Of a stretch of DNA of 64,000 nt, positions 46,779 through 55,153 are shown piece by piece. Within the stretch, counting starts at the first letter, position 1; each line of letters opens with the position of its first letter. Made by a program: the position numbers and the translations under genes. The DNA is from Hyphomicrobiales bacterium (GTDB taxonomy: Bacteria > Pseudomonadota > Alphaproteobacteria > Rhizobiales > Aestuariivirgaceae), in contig JAEUMJ010000045.1 in the NCBI GenBank assembly GCA_016792865.1, positions 3,960 through 67,959 of the forward strand. The letters are read 5' to 3'. A model generated the notes under the pieces. The model was not told the DNA's origin. It made no database searches and saw nothing but the letters and a program-made list of their open reading frames with translations.

Positions 46779-47435
46779 TTACTCGGTCCGCGCGCGGTCG
46801 GTCTTGGCGCGGGGCGGCTTGCCAGCAGCCAGTTCCTTGGCCTGCTCGATCCATTCTTCACGGGCCACGCGGCCCTTCTGCTTCAGGTGCGCCTCGACCT
46901 TCTCCACATCGGCAGCCGACATGTTGGCAATGGCTGCGAAGGTGTTGAAGCCCAGCTCACGGAGACCCTTCTCCATCTTGGGGCCGACGCCGCCGATGAG
47001 CGAGATGTCGTCCGACTTGCCTTCGCCGACCGGAGCGGCAACCGCCTGGGCGGCGGGAGCGGCAGCGGCGGGAGCAGCGGCCTTCTTCTCGGCCTTGGGC
47101 TTGGCAGCCGACGGCTTGGCGCCGCCCGTCAGGATCTCGGTGATCGTGACCGAGGTGAGGAGCTGGCGATGGCCGTTGCGGCGGCGGTAATGCTTGCGGC
47201 GGCGCTTCTTGAAAATATAGACAGTGTCGGACTTTTCCTGCTTGGCGATTTCCGCCACCACCGTGGCGCCGGCCACGAAGGGCGCGCCGATCTCGACCGA
47301 ACCGCCATTGCCGACCATCAGCACGTCCGTGAACGTGACCTGGTCGCCGGCAGCGCCGTCGAGCTTTTCAATGCTGATCTTGTCGTTGGCGGCAACGCGA
47401 TACTGCTTGCCGCCTGTCTTGATGACTGCGTACAT
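46779..47435 (-). CDS. rplU: 50S ribosomal protein L21 with 113-aa C-terminal extension
   Basis: The first roughly 105 aa, MYAVIKTGGKQYRVAANDKI...RRNGHRQLLTSVTITEI, are canonical L21. They are followed by an Ala/Pro/Lys linker and a helix-hairpin-helix-like module (LIGGVGPKMEKGLRELGF...GRVAREEWIEQAKELA). Confidence 0.9.
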   Translation of the reverse strand: MYAVIKTGGKQYRVAANDKISIEKLDGAAGDQVTFTDVLMVGNGGSVEIGAPFVAGATVVAEIAKQEKSDTVYIFKKRRRKHYRRRNGHRQLLTSVTITEILTGGAKPSAAKPKAEKKAAAPAAAAPAAQAVAAPVGEGKSDDISLIGGVGPKMEKGLRELGFNTFAAIANMSAADVEKVEAHLKQKGRVAREEWIEQAKELAAGKPPRAKTDRARTE

Positions 47436-47580
47436 GTCTCTTCCTTCTTTCCCGCGCCGGACGGAGCCGCTTCATAACCCAATGGAAAAGCGGTCTTTTT
47501 CTGATTGCTTCGGTTCGAAGCCGGGTACCCTGGGGCAGCGCCATGTGTTTTGGCGGCCCGAAAGCCGCCAAACGTGGGGC

Positions 47581-47609
47581 TTAGTGGCGAATTGCCGGGG
47601 AAAAGTCAA
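47581..47609 (-). promoter_or_regulatory. Candidate promoter for rplU-rpmA
   Basis: The minus strand reads TTGACT-N17-CACTAA, about 145 nt upstream of the rplU ATG. Pattern match only. Confidence 0.25.
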
Positions 47610-47610
47610 G

Positions 47611-47643
47611 CCGTCCGGTGCCGTCCGGTGCCGCCGGGTGCCG
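47611..47643. repeat. Three tandem copies of a 10-bp unit (ccgtccggtg), with a partial fourth
   Basis: ccgtccggtg ccgtccggtg ccgccgggtg ccg, in the rplU / 47716 divergent spacer. Confidence 0.8.
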
Positions 47644-47715
47644 CTCTTGACGCCCGCGCCCTGCCGTGGCCTTGTTCCGGGCGGGACACCCTCGCGTGGG
47701 TGGTATGGTATCGGA

Positions 47716-49371
47716 ATGCGGCGTGCGGTCACGTTAATGCTGACACTTGTGCTGGCCCTGGCATTGGCGCTGGAGGCTGCGGCCGCCACCAAGAAGACCA
47801 GGAAGCCCGCGCCCGCTGCCAGGCCCGCCGTCGAAAAGCCCATCTATGAAGCCCCGATGCGGGTGGTGATCGTGCAGAACGGCAGGGCCTGTGGCGAAAC
47901 CTGCCCGCAATGGATCGCGGCGGAAGGCGAGATCACCGCCGCCACCCCGGCGCTTTTCGAGAAGGTCTTCAGGCAGATGGGAAAGCGCAAGCTGCCCATC
48001 CTCATCCGCTCGCCGGGTGGGTCGATCGAAGCCGCCTTCCGCATCGGGCGGATGATCCGCAAGCGCGGCCTCGATGTCTATGTCGGCTATACGGTCTATG
48101 AGGGCTGCACCCCGGACAAGAAGGGCTGCAAGCTGCCGGAGGAGCAGGGCGGCATCTACCGGGGCAAGGCGATGGAATACTATGCCTGGTGCAACTCCGC
48201 CTGCCATCTCGTGCTCGCGTCCGGCACGAAGCGGCTTGCCGGTTACGGCAGCTATGTCGGCGTGCACAAGCCAAAAACGGTCTGGTCGCGCCAGATCGTC
48301 ACCTACCGCGAGCGTTACCGCATCGTGAAAGGCAAGAAGCAGGTCATCGACCGCAAGATCGTCAGCCGCAAGCCCACCAAGAGCAAGGTCACCTTCGGCA
48401 TCGACCCGCGGCTGCGCAAGAGCCTGCTGGCCTATTACAAGGCCATGGGCGTCGATCCTGCGATCCTCGCCGAAAACGAGAAGGCGGAATACAAGGATCT
48501 CAACTTCCTGAGCAGCGCGAAACTTGACGCCTACAGGCTCCGCACCAGCAGGGAAAGCGTTGTCGTGGTGCTGGGCGATGACATCTGCAAGAAGGCGGCA
48601 GCACCGGCCTATTGCCTGCCGCCGGCGGGCAAGCCGAAGCGCCAGACCGCCATGGCAACCCAGCAGCCCCCTGCGCCGCCCCCTGCCAAACCCGCCGTTT
48701 TCGGGCCTGTCGGAGACCGCTACAAGGACATGACTTTCACCTTGCTGCGGAACGAGGACGAAGCCTGCAGGCCCCGGTGCCCCGCCTGGATCGCCGCGCG
48801 CGGACGGATCACGGTCGGGACAGCGGAGCGTTTCCGCACCTTTCTGAGGGGCCACAAGCTCGATCCCGTCGTGGTCGTGCTGGATTCTCCGGGCGGGGAT
48901 GGCCGGGAGGCCATGAAGCTGGGAAGGCTGTTGCGCAAGGCCGGTGCGAGCACCCTCGTGGGAATTTCGGCCGCGCGGCCGTGCGATGGTTCAGACCCTT
49001 CCTGCAAGCCCTACATCCGTCCGGGCTACTACAATGCCGAACGCCCGCTCTGCCAGTTCGAATGCACGCTGCCCTTCATGGCGGGCAAGGTGCGGATCGT
49101 CGATGGTTACTCCGAGCTGCGCTTCCGCAATCTGGAACTCCGCAAGATCGAAGTGGCCGGACAACTCGATGAGAGCACGCCGATGATGAACTACTTCAGG
49201 GAGATGGACGCACCCGACACGCTGTTGCGCGACCTCGTTTCATCGCCGCAACCGGCCATGAGCGGGAGCAAGGCAGTGGCGATCGGCGCGGCAACGCTGT
49301 CGCCCGACTACATCTCGACCTACCTGAGGGGTGCGTCCTGCAGTTCCCGCACCCTGCTCTGCCAGAAGTGA
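47716..49371 (+). CDS. Secreted protein with two tandem ClpP/SppA-like (SPGG motif) domains; resembles the uncharacterised 'predicted periplasmic protein' family I recall as COG3904
   Basis: In-frame ATG 47716 within track ORF 47224..49371. Signal peptide MRRAVTLMLTLVLALALALEAAAA. The two halves align by eye (CGETCPQWIAAEGEI...IRSPGGSIEAAFRIGRMIRKRG versus CRPRCPAWIAARGRI...LDSPGGDGREAMKLGRLLRKAG). Confidence 0.6.
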   Translation: MRRAVTLMLTLVLALALALEAAAATKKTRKPAPAARPAVEKPIYEAPMRVVIVQNGRACGETCPQWIAAEGEITAATPALFEKVFRQMGKRKLPILIRSPGGSIEAAFRIGRMIRKRGLDVYVGYTVYEGCTPDKKGCKLPEEQGGIYRGKAMEYYAWCNSACHLVLASGTKRLAGYGSYVGVHKPKTVWSRQIVTYRERYRIVKGKKQVIDRKIVSRKPTKSKVTFGIDPRLRKSLLAYYKAMGVDPAILAENEKAEYKDLNFLSSAKLDAYRLRTSRESVVVVLGDDICKKAAAPAYCLPPAGKPKRQTAMATQQPPAPPPAKPAVFGPVGDRYKDMTFTLLRNEDEACRPRCPAWIAARGRITVGTAERFRTFLRGHKLDPVVVVLDSPGGDGREAMKLGRLLRKAGASTLVGISAARPCDGSDPSCKPYIRPGYYNAERPLCQFECTLPFMAGKVRIVDGYSELRFRNLELRKIEVAGQLDESTPMMNYFREMDAPDTLLRDLVSSPQPAMSGSKAVAIGAATLSPDYISTYLRGASCSSRTLLCQK

Positions 49372-49375
49372 ACCA

Positions 49376-51334
49376 TCAGGAGGCGGTGTTCTGCTCCACC
49401 AGCCCCACCAGCCCGTCCATGATCCGGTTCAGGTCATAATCCTTGGGCGTGTAGACGGCGGCGACACCAAGCTGCTTCAGGACAAGGGCGTCCTCTTCGG
49501 GAATGATGCCGCCCACCACCACCGGAACGGATATATTCCGTGCACGGAGTTTTTGCATCACCTCGCGCACCAGCGGAACGTGGCTTCCCGACAGGATCGA
49601 AAGGCCGAGAAGATGGACCGCGTCCTTCCCCGCCTTTTCGACCAGCTCGTCGGGGGTCATGCGGATGCCGTCATAAACGACCGAGAGGCCGATGTCGGCG
49701 GCGCGGGTGGCAATCTGCTCGGCACCGTTCGAATGGCCGTCGAGGCCGGGCTTGCCCACCAGCAGTTTTGGCTGCGTGCCAAGCGTTGCCGCCAGCCTCG
49801 CGACACGGGCACGAAGTCCTTCCAGTGATCCGCCGCCCCTGTCGTCAGGCTTCAGGCCGACGCCGGTGGGGGCGCGGAATTCGCCGAACACCCCCCGCAA
49901 TGCGCTTCCCCACTCACCGGTGGTGACCCCCGCCCTGGCGCAGGCAATCGACGGTTCCATGATGTTGCGGCCGGTCCGTGCAGCATCCTGCAAATCCGCA
50001 AGCGCGCGCACCACGGCAGCGTTGTCGCGCCTTGCCCGCCACGCCTTCAGCCGCTCGACCTGGCCGAACTCCACATCATCCTTGACCGTCATGATGGCAT
50101 TGCCGGATGCAAGCGGTGACGGCTCGCCGCTGGTGAAGATGTTGACGCCCACCACCTTGGTGCTGCCCGACTCGATGGAGCGCAGTCGTGCTGTGTTGGA
50201 GCCGACCAGTGCCTCCTTCATGTAGGAGAGGCCGGCAAGCGAGGCGGCACCGCCCAGCAGTGCCACTTTCTCCATCTCGGCCCGCGCGGCGGCCTTGAGG
50301 TCTTCCACCTTGGCGGAGATCACCGCACTGCCGTCGAAGATGTCTTCGTGGTCGAGGAGATCGGTTTCAAACGCCATGACCTGCTGCATGCGCAGCGACC
50401 ACTGCTGGTCGAAGGGGCGCGGCAGGCCCAGCGCCTCGTTCCAGGCCGGCAATTGCACGGCACGCGCGCGTGCCTTCTTGGACAGGACCACACCCAGCAT
50501 CTCGATCAGGATGCGATAGACGTTGTTTTCCGGCTGCTGCTCGGTGAGGCCCAGCGAATTCACCTGCACGCCATAGCGGAAGCGCCGCAGCTTCTCGTCC
50601 GTCACGCCGTAGCGGTCGCGCAGCAACTCGTCCCAGAGATCGACAAAGGCACGCATCTTGGACAGTTCGGTGATGAAGCGGATGCCCGCATTCACGAAGA
50701 AGGATATGCGCGAGGCAACCAGGGGAAAGCTCGCCGCCGCAATGGCGGGCGAGGCCCTGCATGCATCGAGCACCGCCGTTGCCGTGGCGAGGGCAAAGCC
50801 CAGTTCCTGCGCCGGCGTCGCTCCCGCTTCCTGCAGGTGATAGGAGCAGATGTTCACCGGATTGAATTTCGGCATCTGGTCGGTGGCAAAGGAGATGGTA
50901 TCGACGGTGAGGCGCAGCGACGCCTCCGGCGGAAACACATAGGTTCCGCGTGCCAGGTATTCCTTGATGATGTCGTTCTGGGTGGTGCCCTGCAACCTCG
51001 CGCGGGGGGCACCCTGTTCTTCCGCCACCGCCACATAGAGTGCCATCAGCCACGCCGCGGTGGCATTGATGGTCATGGAGGTGTTCATCTCGGCCAGGGG
51101 AATGCCATCGAACAAGGCCCGCATGTCGCCGATGTGGGAGACGGGAACGCCGACCTTGCCCACTTCACCGGCGGCGCGCGGGTCATCGCTGTCGTAACCC
51201 GTTTGCGTGGGAAGATCGAAGGCCACCGACAGGCCGGTCTGGCCCTTGGACAGGTTGGTGCGGAACAGGCGGTTGGAGTCCTCCGCCGTGGAGTGGCCGG
51301 CATATGTGCGCATCAGCCAAGGTTGGTCAGCCAT
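49376..51334 (-). CDS. ecm: Ethylmalonyl-CoA mutase (B12-dependent, MeaA/Ecm)
   Basis: 652 aa starting MADQPWLMRTYAGHSTAEDSN. Mutase TIM-barrel region and C-terminal B12-binding domain (GLDGHSNGAEQIA). Divergent from ccr. Track ORF 49376..53167 is a read-through composite. Confidence 0.9.
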   Translation of the reverse strand: MADQPWLMRTYAGHSTAEDSNRLFRTNLSKGQTGLSVAFDLPTQTGYDSDDPRAAGEVGKVGVPVSHIGDMRALFDGIPLAEMNTSMTINATAAWLMALYVAVAEEQGAPRARLQGTTQNDIIKEYLARGTYVFPPEASLRLTVDTISFATDQMPKFNPVNICSYHLQEAGATPAQELGFALATATAVLDACRASPAIAAASFPLVASRISFFVNAGIRFITELSKMRAFVDLWDELLRDRYGVTDEKLRRFRYGVQVNSLGLTEQQPENNVYRILIEMLGVVLSKKARARAVQLPAWNEALGLPRPFDQQWSLRMQQVMAFETDLLDHEDIFDGSAVISAKVEDLKAAARAEMEKVALLGGAASLAGLSYMKEALVGSNTARLRSIESGSTKVVGVNIFTSGEPSPLASGNAIMTVKDDVEFGQVERLKAWRARRDNAAVVRALADLQDAARTGRNIMEPSIACARAGVTTGEWGSALRGVFGEFRAPTGVGLKPDDRGGGSLEGLRARVARLAATLGTQPKLLVGKPGLDGHSNGAEQIATRAADIGLSVVYDGIRMTPDELVEKAGKDAVHLLGLSILSGSHVPLVREVMQKLRARNISVPVVVGGIIPEEDALVLKQLGVAAVYTPKDYDLNRIMDGLVGLVEQNTAS

Positions 51335-51347
51335 GGGAAGCCCAAAT

Positions 51348-51364
51348 CTGTTGCATTGCAACAG
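51348..51364. promoter_or_regulatory. Palindrome CTGTTGCA-T-TGCAACAG immediately upstream of ecm
   Basis: 8-bp perfect arms around one central base, 14 nt upstream of the ecm ATG. The core TGCAWTGCA recurs upstream of ccr. Confidence 0.35.
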
Positions 51365-51410
51365 GGAAGCATGGCCCCACCCCGGCTGCAACTCCACTTT
51401 GGTGCAGTCG

Positions 51411-51766
51411 TCAGGGCCTGTTGTCGCTGGGTGGCCGGCATCCGAAGAGAACCGGCATCCGAAGAGAAGATGGATCAGGAAGCCCATGACCAGCTGGCCC
51501 GCAGCGGCAAGGCCAAGGGCGCGGGAGAGATCTTCGGCCACAGCGGGATTCACGTCGCGGGCAAGGGCATTGCCGTAGAGGCCGGCGCCGCACATGAGCA
51601 CGAAGGCCAATGCCGTGAGCGCCCGCCGTTGCAGCACGAATTGTCGTGACAGGACAAAGGTGCTGGGGATTGCAAGAAGGGCATTGCCGACAAGCAGCGC
51701 CACCGGCGGCGACCATGTTCCCGCAAACGGAAACAAGGCTGCCAGAGCCTCCTGAAGAAACGTCAC
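51411..51766 (-). pseudogene. Putative small multi-pass membrane protein ORF whose 3' end is frame-shifted by a 17-bp tandem duplication
   Basis: GTG 51766, preceded by GGGGG, opens a hydrophobic frame (ALAALFPFAGTWSPPVALLVGNALLAIPSTFVL..ALTALAFVLMCGAGLYGNALA..LGLAAAGQLVMGFLIHLLFGC) with roughly 70 percent GC3 by hand count. With one repeat copy removed, the frame would end at TGA 51411-51413. Confidence 0.25.
51435..51468. repeat. Perfect 17-bp tandem duplication (ccggcatccgaagagaa x2)
   Basis: Read directly: copy 1 at 51435-51451, copy 2 at 51452-51468. Confidence 0.95.
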
Positions 51767-51900
51767 TGAACCGCCCCCGGTCAAATGTGATGAGGCCCGA
51801 TGGCTACCCGGCAACGGGCCTCTGGTGTTGTTTTGGCCGGACCGGCTGGGCGGGGTCAAGATGCCGCGCAGGACCGGACCGGCCGGACATGGACTAATGG

Positions 51901-51909
51901 TGCAATGCA
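51901..51909. promoter_or_regulatory. TGCAATGCA palindrome in the AT-rich ccr upstream region
   Basis: ggTGCAATGCAaa lies 65 nt upstream of the ccr ATG. It matches the reverse complement of the ecm-proximal site (gtTGCAATGCAac) at 11 of 13 positions. An adjacent TAGTC-N8-GACTA inverted repeat is also present. Confidence 0.3.
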
Positions 51910-51973
51910 AAATAGTCTGTTTCATGACTAGACTGTCCATCCCGACCACGCGACATCTGCCAAGAGGACCTTC

Positions 51974-53254
51974 ATGACCGCAGCCGCAAGCAAGCTCTCC
52001 CCCGTCACGGGCAAGACTGTTTACGCCGTGGGCGAGATTCCGCCGCTGGGCCATGTACCGGAGAAGATGCATGCCTGGTGCATCCGGCAGGACCGCCATG
52101 GCGCACCCGATACCGCCATGCAGGTCGAGGAAGTGCCGACGTGGCAGATCGGCGAGGACGAATGCCTGATCCTGGTGATGGCGGCGGGCGTGAATTACAA
52201 CGGCGTGTGGGCAGCCCTCGGCAAGCCCATCTCCCCCATCGACGGGCACCGGAACCCGTTCCACATCGCCGGCTCGGATGCGTCCGGCGTCGTCTATGCG
52301 GTGGGATCGAAAGTGAAGCGCTGGAAGGTCGGCGACGAGATCGTCGTCCACTGCAACCAGGATGATGGCGACGACGAGGAATGCAATGGCGGCGACCCGA
52401 TGTTCTCGCCCTCGCAGCGCATCTGGGGATACGAAACGCCCGACGGCTCCTTCGCGCAGTTTGCCCGCGTCCAGGCTCGCCAGCTCCTGCCCAAGCCCCG
52501 GCACCTGACGTGGGAGGAAAGCGCCTGCTACATGCTCACGCTCGCCACCGCCTACCGCATGCTGTTCGGCCACCGTCCCCATGTGCTGAGTGCCGGGCAG
52601 AGCGTTCTGGTGTGGGGCGCTTCCGGTGGCCTCGGTTCCATGGCCGTGCAGCTTGCCGCCACGACGGGCGCCAGCGCCATCGGCGTGGTCTCCGATGAAG
52701 ACAAGCGCGACTTCGTGCTGGGACTCGGTGCCCGCGGCGTCATCAACCGCAAGGACTTCAAGTGCTGGGGGGCGATGCCGCAGGTCGGCACGCCGGAATA
52801 CAATGCCTGGCTCAAGGACGCGCGGGAGTTCGGCAAGGCGATCTGGAACATCACCGGCAAGGGCAACAACGTCGATATGGTGTTCGAGCATCCGGGGGAA
52901 TCGACCTTCCCCGTTTCCATCCTCGTGGTGAAGCGCGGCGGCATGGTGGTGATCTGCGCCGGCACCACCGGCTATAACCTCACCATGGATGCCCGTTACC
53001 TGTGGATGCACCAGAAGCGGGCGCAAGGCTCGCACTTCGCCAACCTGATGCAGGCCTCCGCCGCGAACCGCCTCGTCGAGGCCCAGCGCATCGACCCCTG
53101 CATGTCGGAAGTCTATTCGTGGAACGACATTCCCCTTGCCCACATGAAGATGTGGAAGAACGAACACCGCCCCGGCAACATGGCGGTGCTGGTTTCGGCG
53201 CCGCGCACGGGGTTGAAGAGCTTCGAAGACACGGTGGAAGCCGCCGGAGGCTGA
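51974..53254 (+). CDS. ccr: Crotonyl-CoA carboxylase/reductase
   Basis: 426 aa MDR-family protein with the Ccr-typical N-terminus (VGEIPPLGHVPEKMHAW). Also SQRIWGYETPDGSFAQF and GASGGLGSMAVQLA. AAGAGG is the SD. Confidence 0.9.
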   Translation: MTAAASKLSPVTGKTVYAVGEIPPLGHVPEKMHAWCIRQDRHGAPDTAMQVEEVPTWQIGEDECLILVMAAGVNYNGVWAALGKPISPIDGHRNPFHIAGSDASGVVYAVGSKVKRWKVGDEIVVHCNQDDGDDEECNGGDPMFSPSQRIWGYETPDGSFAQFARVQARQLLPKPRHLTWEESACYMLTLATAYRMLFGHRPHVLSAGQSVLVWGASGGLGSMAVQLAATTGASAIGVVSDEDKRDFVLGLGARGVINRKDFKCWGAMPQVGTPEYNAWLKDAREFGKAIWNITGKGNNVDMVFEHPGESTFPVSILVVKRGGMVVICAGTTGYNLTMDARYLWMHQKRAQGSHFANLMQASAANRLVEAQRIDPCMSEVYSWNDIPLAHMKMWKNEHRPGNMAVLVSAPRTGLKSFEDTVEAAGG

Positions 53255-53257
53255 GGG

Positions 53258-54160
53258 CTATTCCCGCAGGTCCGGCTTGTCGGGCACGGACTTCAGCACC
53301 GAGAGCAGGTGCAGGACGCGATTCACCTCGCCACCGAGTATGAGCACCAGCGCCGCGAGGTAGAGAAAGAACATCGCCGCGAACAGGCCGGACAGCGAGG
53401 CGTAGGTCGAGGTGAAGGTGTGGAACTGCAGGATCCACCATGAGAAGCCGAGCGCCAGAACTCCCCAGACGACAACCGTGAGCAGGACACCGGGCAGGAT
53501 GCGGACAAGCGGCATGCGCCGCGCCGGAAGCACCACATGGGCGGCCATCACGCCGAAGAACATCACCAGCAGGGCCAGTGGAATGCGCATCTGCTGCAGG
53601 GATTCGAATTTCCCCGCAATGGCGATGCCGTGGCCGGCGGCAAAGCGCAGCGCCAGCGGCAGGAGCACGATGAGGAACGAGAAGGCGACGAACAGCGCCG
53701 CCGCCGCGATCACGAACAGGATATCGATGAGATAGACCAGCCAGGCCGGTCTGCGGTCCTTCAGGTCGTAGGCGCGATTCAGCCCGACGCGCACCGAATC
53801 GACACCCGCCATGGCGCTCCAGATCGTCAGCAGGGCGGCGATGCTGAGCAGGTCGGCACGCGGCACGGTGAGGATGGAAGTGATCTCGCCTGCCAGCGGC
53901 TTCACCAGCGCATCGGGAACCACATCGATGAGAAAGTTGACCGCCGCCCGTGCCTGGTCCTCCGTTCCGATGAAACCTGCAATCGCCGTGAGGAAGATGA
54001 GGAACGGAAAGATCGAGAAGAGCGTGCGGAAGGCGATGTTGCCCGCGAGCGGCACCGCTTCATCGGCGAAGAGGCGGCGGAAGGTCTTGGCCAGCAACCT
54101 GAAGGGGCTTAACCCCGCAATCGCGCCGCTGCCCTGTGGTGGAGACCGTTCGTCCGTCAT
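53258..54160 (-). CDS. YihY/BrkB family inner-membrane protein
   Basis: 300 aa, about 6 transmembrane segments. N-terminal FRRLFADEAVPLAGNIAFRTLFSIFPFLIFL is typical of YihY. Confidence 0.75.
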   Translation of the reverse strand: MTDERSPPQGSGAIAGLSPFRLLAKTFRRLFADEAVPLAGNIAFRTLFSIFPFLIFLTAIAGFIGTEDQARAAVNFLIDVVPDALVKPLAGEITSILTVPRADLLSIAALLTIWSAMAGVDSVRVGLNRAYDLKDRRPAWLVYLIDILFVIAAAALFVAFSFLIVLLPLALRFAAGHGIAIAGKFESLQQMRIPLALLVMFFGVMAAHVVLPARRMPLVRILPGVLLTVVVWGVLALGFSWWILQFHTFTSTYASLSGLFAAMFFLYLAALVLILGGEVNRVLHLLSVLKSVPDKPDLRE

Positions 54161-54256
54161 GGATTGCCATCATGCCCGCATGGCAGCAATGCGCCAAGCC
54201 TTATAACGCATTCATTCTGTGGTATTTTCCCGAACCGCGGCGCAAGACTGGGGGCC

Positions 54257-55153
54257 ATGCCCGATTCCTTTACCCGCATCATTGTCGCGTCCGCGCCGGC
54301 GCTCTTTGTCGTGATGTGGGCGACGGGTTTCATCGCGGCGCGGCTCGCGGCACCACATGTCGAGCCTTTCACCTTCCTCGCCATCCGCTTCCCTCTCGCA
54401 GCGGCGCTCTTTGCAGGGATCGCCGTTGTCATGAAGGCTCCGTGGCCCGCACCGAGGCTGGCGCTCCATGCCGGCATCACCGGCGCCTTCATCCATGCCA
54501 TATATCTCTCCACCGTCTTCTGGGCGGTTTCGCACGGGCTTCCGGCCGGTGTCTCCGCCTTGATCGTGGGGCTGCAACCGCTCATCACCGCCTTCATCGC
54601 CTCGGCGCTGGTGGGGGAGGAGATCACGCCCCGCCACTGGTTCGGGCTGCTCGTCGGGGTCAGCGGCGTGGGGCTGGTGATCTCGCCGCGGCTGTCGCTT
54701 GCCGCCATTGACGGCATCACGCCCGCAACGACGCTGGCCTGCCTCGGCGGCACCTTGGCCATCGCATTCGGCACGGTGTACCAGAAGCGCTTCGCCACGA
54801 CGCTGCACATCGCCAGCGGCGGGGCCTGGCAATATGTGGGTGCGTCCATCGTGATGGTCCTCGCTGTTGCCCTGTTCGAGGAAGGCCGCTTCGATGGCAG
54901 CTTCAATGCCTGGTTCGCGCTCTCATGGTCGGTGATCGTGCTTTCGCTCGGCGCCATCTCGCTCCTCATGCTGCTCATCCGCCACGGAGAGATCGCCCGC
55001 GTCTCAAGCCTGATGTTCCTTGTTCCGGCGGTTGCGGCCTTGATGGCCTACGGATTGTTCGGCGAAACACTGACCCTCGTGCAGGTTGCGGGCATGGCCG
55101 TCTGTGCGGCAGCCGTGGTTATCGTCAACCGGCGGCGACCGGCGGCGTCCTGA
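54257..55153 (+). CDS. DMT superfamily transporter (EamA domain x2)
   Basis: Start at ATG 54257 (MPDSFTRIIVASAPALFVVMWATGF). Ten hydrophobic segments. Confidence 0.8.
   Translation: MPDSFTRIIVASAPALFVVMWATGFIAARLAAPHVEPFTFLAIRFPLAAALFAGIAVVMKAPWPAPRLALHAGITGAFIHAIYLSTVFWAVSHGLPAGVSALIVGLQPLITAFIASALVGEEITPRHWFGLLVGVSGVGLVISPRLSLAAIDGITPATTLACLGGTLAIAFGTVYQKRFATTLHIASGGAWQYVGASIVMVLAVALFEEGRFDGSFNAWFALSWSVIVLSLGAISLLMLLIRHGEIARVSSLMFLVPAVAALMAYGLFGETLTLVQVAGMAVCAAAVVIVNRRRPAAS

Noticed and set aside
49376-53167. 1263-aa minus-strand ORF offered by the track as one protein.
   Set aside because: Only the last 652 codons (from MADQPWLMRTYAGH) are Ecm. The segment 51974-53167 is antisense to ccr. 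The middle part is the small membrane ORF joined in frame by the 17-bp duplication.
55125-55153. 29-bp convergent overlap of the EamA transporter and DUF1232 genes. There is also an 8-bp convergent overlap of the formyltransferase and ppk2 genes at 7531-7538.
   Set aside because: Short convergent 3' overlaps are common in compact GC-rich genomes. I see no structure or signal suggesting a special mechanism.
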